From Candidatus Omnitrophota bacterium (GTDB taxonomy: Bacteria; Omnitrophota; Gorgyraeia; Duberdicusellales; 4484-171): a stretch of 64,000 bases of DNA. Where the stretch lies: assembly GCA_016935525.1 (NCBI GenBank), contig JAFGQU010000013.1, positions 26,523-90,522 on the forward strand. The letters run 5' to 3'. Every line of letters begins with the position of its first letter. The first letter of the stretch is position 1. Made by a program: the position numbers and the translations under genes. The notes beneath the pieces are model-generated. The model worked only from the letters and a program-made list of their open reading frames with translations. It was not told the origin of the DNA and did no database searches. Shown here one piece after another: positions 19,118-26,912 of this stretch.

Positions 19118-20042
19118 AGGGATTTTAATAAATTTTCCTACGAATATCGGCGACGTGATCCTCTCTCTGCCGCTTCTAGACCGGATCAGGAGCCTTTATC
19201 CGGACCGTCCGATTACGGCGATCGTATCGTCCCGTACCCGCGAATTTTTAGAAGCGCATACGTTCATCGATGAAGTGATCGTGTTTGATAAACATTGGCC
19301 GGGTAAAACCAAATTGCAATTCGCTTTCCGGTTACGGAATAAATTCGATATCGTGGTCGATTTAAAGAATTCGCTTCTTCCTTTTGTGATCGCGCCACGG
19401 TGGCGGACCCGGTTTATCCGGTTTTTTAAACCTACCCAGCATATTACTCACCGTTATCTATCGCTGATCTCAAAACTGGGGTTGCCGGCGGCGACCGTAC
19501 GCGGAGACGTGCGCATCGCGGCCGAAAAAAAGGCCCGCTGGGATGGGTTGAATCTGTCCGGCGCGGTAGGCGTGGGCTGTTCTTCACAGTTTTATCTGAA
19601 ACAGTATCCTTACGAAAACTTAAAACAAGTGATCGAAAGATTGCACGGCCAATATCCGGTCGTGATCTTGGGCGAAGAAAAAGAACGCGGGTTCTACCGT
19701 GATATCCTTGGCCTGCCGGGGGTGAGAGACCTTGTCGGGAAGACTACGTTGACCGATGTGTTTTATATTTTAAAAAATTTCTGCCGGGTTATGGTCGCGG
19801 TCGATTCCAGCCTCATGCATATGGCCGGATACCTTAATGTGCCGGTCATCGGGTTGTTCGGCCCTACCGCGCCGGGCCGGTCCTATCCGCTTTCGGAAAA
19901 ATCGGTAATATTACAGAACACCCATATCATGTGTGTCCCCTGTGACGGTACATTATGTGAGCATGAGAATATATGTATGAATATCGATCCCGAAACGGTA
20001 ATCGGGACGGTAAGAGGTATTATCGATGCTGAAGGAGCCTGA
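19110..20042 (+). CDS. LPS heptosyltransferase (GT9) paralogue
   Basis: ILINFPTNIGDVILSLPLLDRIRSLYP N-terminus, LMHMAGYLNVPVIGLFGPT C-terminal motif. Confidence 0.75.
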   Translation: MNKGILINFPTNIGDVILSLPLLDRIRSLYPDRPITAIVSSRTREFLEAHTFIDEVIVFDKHWPGKTKLQFAFRLRNKFDIVVDLKNSLLPFVIAPRWRTRFIRFFKPTQHITHRYLSLISKLGLPAATVRGDVRIAAEKKARWDGLNLSGAVGVGCSSQFYLKQYPYENLKQVIERLHGQYPVVILGEEKERGFYRDILGLPGVRDLVGKTTLTDVFYILKNFCRVMVAVDSSLMHMAGYLNVPVIGLFGPTAPGRSYPLSEKSVILQNTHIMCVPCDGTLCEHENICMNIDPETVIGTVRGIIDAEGA

Positions 20043-21069
20043 AAAGATCCTCGTGGTACGTACCGACCGGATGGGGGACGTGATCCTGTCTACTCCGGTG
20101 ATTTCGGCGTTACGCCGGCGATATCCCCACGCGTATATCGCGTTTATGTGCCGGCCGTATACCCGGCCGTTACTGGAAGGCAATCCCGGTCTAAACGAAG
20201 TGATCGAGTGTGATAAATCCGGATCTCATAAGGGATTCTGGGGGACAGTACGGTTTATCCGCGCCTTGCGGCGTACACGGTTCGATGTAGCGATCATTCT
20301 TCATCCTACGGTCCGGGTCCATCTGGTCACTTTTTTTGCCGGGATCCCCCGGCGTATCGGGTGGGATAAAAAGAATAGTTTTCTGCTTACCAGAAAAATC
20401 CCTCATCTTAAACAGCAAGGGGAAAAACATGAGTCTCAATATACTTTGGATATTTTACGGGCTCTTGGTATCGAGACGCGAGAAATAAAACCGTTTGTGC
20501 CGGTGAGTGAGGCGGCCCGGATGAACATAGCCAAAAGGCTTCAGGATAAAGGAATAAAAGTAAACGAACCATTCATTGTCGTTCATCCTTCGGCGTCATG
20601 CCCTTCTAAACGCTGGCCACAAGAACATTTCGTGACGTTAGTCAATAAGATCAAAACCGGATTAAGGCTGCCGGTGGTACTGGTGACTTCCCGTGATGAG
20701 AAAGAATTCGGCGGTAAAGTCGCTCAGGTCCCTGAGGTGATCGATCTGAGAGGCGCACTGGAGCTTTCCGAACTTATCGCTCTTATCGAAAAGGCCGCGC
20801 TGTTTATTTCCAACGATTCCGGGCCGGTGCATATCGCAGCAAGCCTGGATGTGCCGGTGATCTCTATCTTCGGCCGGAGTGATCCGGGACTTTCTCCGGA
20901 ACGTTGGAAGCCGCTCGGTGAGCATTCGGTGTTTGTCCATAAAGATGTAGGCTGTCCGGTCTGTTTCGCTCACGATTGCCGAAAAGGATTTTTATGTTTA
21001 GAGTCCATTACTCCGCAGGAAATATTTGCTCTGGTTGAGAAAATCCTTGCCAAACATAAAAAAATCTGA
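20026..21069 (+). CDS. LPS heptosyltransferase (GT9) paralogue
   Basis: ILVVRTDRMGDVILSTPVISALRRRYP and SNDSGPVHIAASLDVPVISIFGRSDP. Confidence 0.8.
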   Translation: MLKEPEKILVVRTDRMGDVILSTPVISALRRRYPHAYIAFMCRPYTRPLLEGNPGLNEVIECDKSGSHKGFWGTVRFIRALRRTRFDVAIILHPTVRVHLVTFFAGIPRRIGWDKKNSFLLTRKIPHLKQQGEKHESQYTLDILRALGIETREIKPFVPVSEAARMNIAKRLQDKGIKVNEPFIVVHPSASCPSKRWPQEHFVTLVNKIKTGLRLPVVLVTSRDEKEFGGKVAQVPEVIDLRGALELSELIALIEKAALFISNDSGPVHIAASLDVPVISIFGRSDPGLSPERWKPLGEHSVFVHKDVGCPVCFAHDCRKGFLCLESITPQEIFALVEKILAKHKKI

Positions 21070-21200
21070 TATCACTATTGTTAATATATACTTTTGAGTT
21101 TGTTTAAATAATTTTCAGAATAACCAATCACCAAACTGTCCAATTGATTTTACTTTATAAGGATGTCCGATTATTGAAATTTGATTATTGGTTATTGTTT

Positions 21201-21280
21201 CCCCCTAGGAATCGCCTTTCCCTTAGGCAGGCGATTCCAGGGACTCGGTCCCGGGAATTCTCCGAATTCCACGGGGGGGT
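21201..21280 (+). promoter_or_regulatory. structured 5' leader: three hairpins enclosed by a C5/G7 outer stem (4-way-junction-like), candidate metal-sensing riboswitch
   Basis: CCCCC...[GGAATCGCC-loop-GGCGATTCC][GGGAC-TCG-GTCCC][GGAATTC-TCC-GAATTCC]...GGGGGGG, immediately upstream of a Ni/Co transporter gene. Confidence 0.35.
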
Positions 21281-21302
21281 ATTGTTTCTTGGTTATTGGT
21301 GA

Positions 21303-22043
21303 TTGCAACCTAATATAACTAGAAAAATGATGACTCCGGAAACATATGTATTGCTCGGTACGGCACTGACGATAGGGTTTATTCATACCCTGTTCGGTCC
21401 GGACCATTATCTTCCTTTTATCGTAATGTCTAAAGCGCGTTCCTGGAGCATGACGAAGACTGCAGTGGTTACGATCCTCTGCGGGATAGGTCATGTGGCA
21501 AGTTCCATCGTTCTGGGATTTGTCGGTATTGCTTTGGGAGTTGCGGTATTCCATTTAGAGAATATCGAATCGGTCCGCGGAGAAGTCGCGGCCTGGCTGT
21601 TTTTAGCGTTCGGATTGGCTTATTTTATCTGGGGTATTCGTCATGTCGTGCGTCGGCGGGGGCATCATCACCGGCATGTCCATTTTGACGGAGAAATCCA
21701 CGATCACCCGCATACTCATCTTAAAGAACACAGCCATGTGCATAGCGGACCGAAAGGCGTGAACCTGACTCCCTGGATCCTGTTCACTATTTTTGTGTTT
21801 GGGCCGTGTGAACCGTTGATCCCGATCTTGATGTATCCGGCGGCGAAAGGGAATATGTTTTTGGTGGCAGCGGTTTCTCTCGTGTTCGGAATCACTACGA
21901 TCACGACGATGCTGGCTATCGTGCTTGCCGTCTCCTACGGGCTCGCGAAACTGCCGATGGGGCGGTTAGAAAGATATTCTCACGCTCTGGCCGGACTCGC
22001 GATTTTTCTAAGCGGCGCGGCGATCAAATTGTTCGGCCTTTAA
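21303..22043 (+). CDS. Ni/Co transporter, RcnA/NicO-like with central His-rich loop
   Basis: Six predicted TM segments. HTLFGPDHY resembles the RcnA HGLEPGHSK motif. His-rich loop RRRGHHHRHVHFDGEIHDHPHTHLKEHSHVHSG. GPCEPLIP resembles RcnA GLIPCP. Confidence 0.6.
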   Translation: MQPNITRKMMTPETYVLLGTALTIGFIHTLFGPDHYLPFIVMSKARSWSMTKTAVVTILCGIGHVASSIVLGFVGIALGVAVFHLENIESVRGEVAAWLFLAFGLAYFIWGIRHVVRRRGHHHRHVHFDGEIHDHPHTHLKEHSHVHSGPKGVNLTPWILFTIFVFGPCEPLIPILMYPAAKGNMFLVAAVSLVFGITTITTMLAIVLAVSYGLAKLPMGRLERYSHALAGLAIFLSGAAIKLFGL

Positions 22044-22117
22044 TCGGATTGTCAAAGGACACACAATAAAAAATTATTTGACAAGGTTTTGCGAATATGT
22101 TATCTTTGTCAAGATAT

Positions 22118-22135
22118 ATGTGAACGTATTCACAA
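22118..22135. promoter_or_regulatory. Rex operator upstream of the hydrogenase operon
   Basis: ATGTGAACGTATTCACAA matches the Rex box consensus TTGTGAA-N4-TTCACAA in 17 of 18 positions. A TTGACA -35-like hexamer lies 25 nt upstream. Confidence 0.6.
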
Positions 22136-22153
22136 AATAGAGAGGATGATCCA

Positions 22154-23188
22154 ATGACTCAATACGTAATTCTTAATAAAACCGATCTTGACGAATTTAT
22201 TTCCCGTCTTGCTCAGATTAAAAAGACCGTCGCTCCCGTAAAACGGGGAGTGAAGAATTATGCGTTCGAAGAAGTCACCTCCGGAAAAAACGTCGCCGTA
22301 AAATATATACCTACTATTCTGCCTCCGAAAAAGTATTTCCTGCCTCAGACCGAAACGTTACAGCAGTATGATAAGAGTAAGAAGACCTGGAACGCGGTAA
22401 TGGAGTTTCAGGAAATGATCATATTCGGGGTCCATACCTGCGACCTTGCCGGTATCCAATGTCTTAATATGGCCTTTTCCGATAAACCCAAAGATATCAA
22501 TTATCTTGCCCGTAAGAACAGAATATTGATCATCGGCCTTGAATGTAATGATTATTGCGATGAATACGCGAGCTGTAAGGTGATGGATAACCATATGCCC
22601 AACGGAGGATATGACCTTTTCTTCACCGAACTCGATGACTTTTTTATGGTCCATATCAATACGCTCGAAGGTGAAGATTTGATCGAGAAGACCGGTTTGT
22701 TCAAAGAAGCGAAAGAAGAGCATAAGAAAGCCCTGAAAGCGATGAGGGAAGAGAAAAGGAAACGGTTTAAGGATGAAGTCAATGTGACCCATAACCAGTT
22801 AAAACCGCTATTCGATAAATCGTTCGAAGCGCCGGTGTGGCAGAGTCTCGAGGCGCGCTGTGTTTCCTGCGGAAATTGTACGAATGTCTGTCCTACCTGT
22901 TATTGTTTTGATATCGAAGATGAAATAGACCTGAATCTTACTACGGGCGTGAGAAAACGCCGGTGGGATTCCTGTCAAAACGAACCGTTTGCTCAAGTAG
23001 CCGGCGGTGAGAATTTCCGGGAAGCCCGCGGCGAACGCCAGCGTCACCGGTACCTGCGTAAATTCAAATATCCCGTAGATAAATACAGCCGGTATTTCTG
23101 TACCGGGTGCGGACGATGTTCCCGGACCTGTATGGCTAAGATTAATTTAAAAGAGACCATAAACGAGTTAGCCCAAGGAGCAAAATGA
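22154..23188 (+). CDS. [NiFe] hydrogenase (group 3b-like, sulfhydrogenase-type) beta subunit, 4Fe-4S protein
   Basis: C-terminal ferredoxin-like Cys clusters (CVSCGNCTNVCPTCYC, CTGCGRCSRTC). Position and architecture match HydB of the tetrameric sulfhydrogenase. Confidence 0.7.
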   Translation: MTQYVILNKTDLDEFISRLAQIKKTVAPVKRGVKNYAFEEVTSGKNVAVKYIPTILPPKKYFLPQTETLQQYDKSKKTWNAVMEFQEMIIFGVHTCDLAGIQCLNMAFSDKPKDINYLARKNRILIIGLECNDYCDEYASCKVMDNHMPNGGYDLFFTELDDFFMVHINTLEGEDLIEKTGLFKEAKEEHKKALKAMREEKRKRFKDEVNVTHNQLKPLFDKSFEAPVWQSLEARCVSCGNCTNVCPTCYCFDIEDEIDLNLTTGVRKRRWDSCQNEPFAQVAGGENFREARGERQRHRYLRKFKYPVDKYSRYFCTGCGRCSRTCMAKINLKETINELAQGAK

Positions 23189-24021
23189 AAAGAGTTACCT
23201 TAAAAGAATCGGCGTATAACGTAAAGACCGGGAAGATCCTTGTCGCAAAAATGCTTACCGCCCAGGAGAAATATTTTAAGATCGCTCTAGCCGGAGGTGA
23301 GAGCCTCGACCATGAGCCGGGACAGTTCGTGATGGTAGCGGTTCCGGGGGTGGGTGAGGCGCCGATTTCGGTCTCTTCTTCGCCTACGATCAGAGGGTAT
23401 TTTGAATTGGTCGTACGTGATGCCGGTAAACTGACTCATGTATTACATCAATTAGAAGCCGGCGATACGGTGGGTATCCGCGGACCGTTCGGCGTGGGAT
23501 TTCCTACCCAGATCTTAGAGGGAAACGACCTGGTGTTTGTTGCCGGAGGGTTGGGGATCGTTCCGTTACGGTCGCTGATCAATTTTGTGATTGATAACCG
23601 CCGTGATTTCGGAAAGGTGAGTATTCTCCTTGGGTGTAAGACTCCTCAAGATATGCTGTTTGGCGATGAGGTCGATCAATGGGAAAAACGGCTTGATGTG
23701 AATTTCAATTGTACCGTCGATAAAGCCGATCCCGATTGGAAAGGAAACGTCGGCTTGATCACTTCGTTGATTCCGGGGGTGACTCTTGATATCGAACGGA
23801 CGTTCGCTATCGTAGTCGGCCCGCCGATCATGTATAAATTCGTCATTGCCGAACTGCTTAAGAAGAACATCCCTGAACGGCAGATCTATCTTTCCCTGGA
23901 GAGGCACATGAAGTGCGGGGTTGGCAAGTGCGGCCATTGTCAGATCGGAGATGTGTATTGCTGTCAGGACGGGCCGGTATTTTCTTATGATAAGATAAAA
24001 AATAATATTGAGGCCTTATAA
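23185..24021 (+). CDS. hydrogenase gamma subunit, FAD/NAD(P)-binding oxidoreductase with 2Fe-2S (PyrK-like)
   Basis: Ferredoxin-reductase fold (GIRGPFGVGF, VAGGLGIVP) and C-terminal CGVGKCGHCQIGDVYCC cluster. Confidence 0.75.
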   Translation: MKRVTLKESAYNVKTGKILVAKMLTAQEKYFKIALAGGESLDHEPGQFVMVAVPGVGEAPISVSSSPTIRGYFELVVRDAGKLTHVLHQLEAGDTVGIRGPFGVGFPTQILEGNDLVFVAGGLGIVPLRSLINFVIDNRRDFGKVSILLGCKTPQDMLFGDEVDQWEKRLDVNFNCTVDKADPDWKGNVGLITSLIPGVTLDIERTFAIVVGPPIMYKFVIAELLKKNIPERQIYLSLERHMKCGVGKCGHCQIGDVYCCQDGPVFSYDKIKNNIEAL

Positions 24022-24023
24022 TC

Positions 24024-24791
24024 ATGAAAAAACCAAAAGTAGCTTTTTTTGATTTTTCTTGTTGTGAAGGATGTCAGTTGCAGGTTGCTAATTTCGGAGA
24101 AGGATTGTTAGATATCTTAAACCTTATTGAGGTCGTAGAGTTTCGTGAAGTAATGTCCGAAAAATGGGAAGGAGATTTTGATGTCGCGATAGTAGAGGGG
24201 AGCATTACGACCCCTCACGGCGTCGAACGGATAAAAAAGATCAGAGACCGCTCTAAAGTATTGATCGCCTACGGGTCCTGTGCGACTATCGGCGGCATCA
24301 ATGGGATGAAAAATAAATTCGATTTAGACGAGATCAAAGAGTATGTATATAAAGACGGCGCAAAATATTTCGAAACGATTCCGACTCGGCCGGTGCATCA
24401 GGTGGTAAAAGTCGATTACTTTGTGCACGGCTGCCCGGTATATCAGCCGGAATTCGTAAAGGTATTGAAATGCGCTTTACAGGGTATTCCGTATACGGTG
24501 CCGGATCATTCGGTCTGTGTGGAATGTAAACTGAACGAAAACGAGTGTATGTATGATAAAGGGCTTACTTGTTTAGGGCCGGTCACCCGGGCCGGATGTA
24601 ATTCCTGGTGTATTAATAACGGGAATATCTGTTACGGATGCCGGGGGATGGTGAGTAATCCTGCGAAAAACGGGCAGATGGATATCCTGGAGAAACATAA
24701 TATCCCGCTTGACTGGGTAGTGAATAAGATCGATATGTACAATAAACCGCGTGAATTAGAGGAGACCGAGACCAATGGCAAGAAACGTTAA
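24024..24791 (+). CDS. [NiFe] hydrogenase small (delta) subunit
   Basis: N-terminal FDFSCCEGCQL (NuoB/HycG-like proximal cluster motif) and additional C-terminal Cys clusters. Confidence 0.8.
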   Translation: MKKPKVAFFDFSCCEGCQLQVANFGEGLLDILNLIEVVEFREVMSEKWEGDFDVAIVEGSITTPHGVERIKKIRDRSKVLIAYGSCATIGGINGMKNKFDLDEIKEYVYKDGAKYFETIPTRPVHQVVKVDYFVHGCPVYQPEFVKVLKCALQGIPYTVPDHSVCVECKLNENECMYDKGLTCLGPVTRAGCNSWCINNGNICYGCRGMVSNPAKNGQMDILEKHNIPLDWVVNKIDMYNKPRELEETETNGKKR

Positions 24792-26100
24792 AGTCAATGT
24801 CGAGTATCTGACCCGGGTCGAAGGGCACGGGAATATCGTCGTAAATGTCAAAGAAGGTAAATTAGAGGAATGCCGTCTTGATATCGTCGAGTCGCCTCGT
24901 TTCTTCGAAGGTATGTTACGGGGACGTTCTATTTTCGAAGCCCAGCATATCACTTCCCGGATCTGCGGGATCTGCGCCTGCGGCCACACTCTGGCTTCGA
25001 TCCAGGCCGCCGAAGATGCTATCGGGTTTATACCGTCAGAGCAGACTACTATGTTGAGAAAATTGCTTCTTCATCAGGAGAATCTTGACAGCCATATCCT
25101 GCATATCTATCTGTTGGTCGCCCCGGACCTGCTGGGGGTAAAAAGTTTTGTTCCGCTTATCGATACTCATAATAAAGTCGTCCGGCGGGCTTTGCGGATG
25201 AAGAAGAGCTGTAACGATGTCTGCGATATCCTGGTCGGCCGTCATGTCCATCCGATCTCGGCTATCGTCGGAGGATTTACCAAATTACCGCGCGAAAAAG
25301 ACCTGGATGCGATGATGGATATTTTGGTCAGTATGCGCGCGGATATGGATGCGACCGTCGAGTTATGTAAAACGTTGAAGTTCCCTCAGTTTGAACGGGA
25401 AACCGAGTATGTTGGGTTAGTCAGCGATGATGATGAATACCCGATGCTCATCGGCGATGTCGGCTCGACTGACGGGAAACGTATGGATAAACATGAGTAT
25501 CGTAAGATCACCAACGAGTTCGTGATGCCGCATTCTTCGGCTAAACACGCCAAATGGAACCGTGAATCGTATATGGTGGGGGCGCTCGCCCGGGTGAATC
25601 TGAACTACAAGAAGCTTCATCCTAAAGCCAAGGCCGTCGCCGATTTCCTGGGGTTACATAAGATCTGTTACAACAGTTTTCTCAATACCGCAGCGCAATT
25701 GGTCGAATGTATCCATTCACTGGAAGAATCGATCGCGATCCTCGAATATTTTAAAAACCATGGCGTCAAGCATGAGGAAGCTCTGGTGGTAGGGTTGAAC
25801 GAAAAAAAGACTATTCCGGTAAAAGCCGGTAACGGTGTCGGCGCGGTGGAGGTGCCTCGCGGGCTCCTTTTCCATAACTATGAAGTTGACGATGACGGTA
25901 AGATCGTCAATGCCAATTGCATTATCCCTACTTCTCAAAACGTCAATAGTATCGAACATGATATGAAAAAACTGGTACCTCAGATCCTTGAGAAGTCCGA
26001 TGAAGAGATCACTCTGATGATGGAGATGCTGGTACGGGCTTATGATCCCTGTATATCGTGTTCGGCCCATTTCCTCGATGTCAAATTCGTTAACCGCTAG
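24775..26100 (+). CDS. [NiFe] hydrogenase large (alpha) subunit
   Basis: N-terminal RICGICACGHT (L1 Ni-binding CxxC) and C-terminal DPCISCSAH followed by a 9-aa extension (protease cleavage site). Confidence 0.9.
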   Translation: MARNVKVNVEYLTRVEGHGNIVVNVKEGKLEECRLDIVESPRFFEGMLRGRSIFEAQHITSRICGICACGHTLASIQAAEDAIGFIPSEQTTMLRKLLLHQENLDSHILHIYLLVAPDLLGVKSFVPLIDTHNKVVRRALRMKKSCNDVCDILVGRHVHPISAIVGGFTKLPREKDLDAMMDILVSMRADMDATVELCKTLKFPQFERETEYVGLVSDDDEYPMLIGDVGSTDGKRMDKHEYRKITNEFVMPHSSAKHAKWNRESYMVGALARVNLNYKKLHPKAKAVADFLGLHKICYNSFLNTAAQLVECIHSLEESIAILEYFKNHGVKHEEALVVGLNEKKTIPVKAGNGVGAVEVPRGLLFHNYEVDDDGKIVNANCIIPTSQNVNSIEHDMKKLVPQILEKSDEEITLMMEMLVRAYDPCISCSAHFLDVKFVNR

Positions 26101-26563
26101 TGTCCTTTCTGCGTTACGCCGGTATCCCGGCCACAATGTTTTTATTACCGTAGGGAACAGTTTACGGAGTGATGACGGTGTGGGGCCGTATATCTCATCG
26201 GTTCTGGAAAATCTCAAAGACCTGAGTGTGATCGCTGCCGGACAGAATCCCGAGAACGTGATCGATAAGGTGGCCGGGTTGCGTCCCGCCCGTATCCTTA
26301 TTATCGATGCGGCTGATTTCGGGAAGAACCCCGGTTATACCCAGATCGTGGACCGTGAACATATCCCCGAGACCAGTGTCAGTACGCATGCGATTTCATT
26401 GAAAGTCATCGCTCATCTTATAGAGGAAGATACCGGCGTGGCTGTGGAATTTCTGGGTATTCAGCCGCAATCGGTCGAGTTGAAAGAAGGGTTATCCCCG
26501 CAGGTAAAAGAGACTGCCGATGCGATTATCGCCGTAATCAGGAAGGAGTTTTCTCATGCATGA
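26078..26563 (+). CDS. hydrogenase maturation endopeptidase (HycI/HyaD family)
   Basis: FITVGNSLRSDDGVGPYI and IIDAADFG motifs. Start is uncertain: ATG 26078 or 26042, either overlapping the large-subunit gene. Confidence 0.7.
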   Translation: MSNSLTASVLSALRRYPGHNVFITVGNSLRSDDGVGPYISSVLENLKDLSVIAAGQNPENVIDKVAGLRPARILIIDAADFGKNPGYTQIVDREHIPETSVSTHAISLKVIAHLIEEDTGVAVEFLGIQPQSVELKEGLSPQVKETADAIIAVIRKEFSHA

Positions 26564-26798
26564 GATGCATTTGGTAAAAGACCTATTTGAAGATGTTTTA
26601 ACCCATGCTCGCAATAACCAGGCCGATAAGGTGACGAAAGTATACCTTAAAATGGGCGAGTTTACCGAGATCAATGAAGAGGTGCTCCGGTTCTTTTTCA
26701 AAGAAAAAGGGGCCCAGACAATATTAGAAGGTGCCGAATTAGTCATCGAAAAAAGCCCGGCCCGCGAATTACGGCTGGTATCGTTTGATTGCGAGTAA
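26556..26798 (+). CDS. hypA: HypA-like nickel-insertion protein, N-terminal fragment lacking the Zn-finger (possible pseudogene)
   Basis: Starts MHEMHL (HypA MHE Ni-binding N-terminus). Ends at ...ELVIEKSPARELRLVSFDCE*, exactly where the first CxxC of the Zn finger should begin. The stop codon abuts the family-2 repeat. Confidence 0.45.
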   Translation: MHEMHLVKDLFEDVLTHARNNQADKVTKVYLKMGEFTEINEEVLRFFFKEKGAQTILEGAELVIEKSPARELRLVSFDCE

Positions 26799-26893
26799 AG
26801 ATGCAGATGATCGCTGATTTTGGATTCACACAGATGATCGCTGATATTATATCTGTGGCAATCTGTGATTCTCTGAATCTGTGATCATCAGCG
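26799..26893. repeat. family-2 intergenic repeat cluster (CAGATGATCGCTGAT / ATCTGTGATCATCAG units), locus E1
   Basis: Two forward units (GCAGATGATCGCTGAT, CACAGATGATCGCTGAT) and three ATCTGTG units in the opposite orientation within 95 nt. Confidence 0.6.
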
Positions 26894-26912
26894 TGAAGGA
26901 GCGAAGCGACGA

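Noticed and set aside
22154-26100. Classifying the hydrogenase as F420-reducing (group 3a) or bidirectional Hox (group 3d)
   Set aside because: The subunit order (beta FeS, gamma FAD/NAD(P) oxidoreductase, delta small, alpha large) and the absence of NuoE/NuoF-like diaphorase or FrhB-like subunits fit the tetrameric sulfhydrogenase (3b) layout better. The subgroup still needs phylogenetic confirmation.
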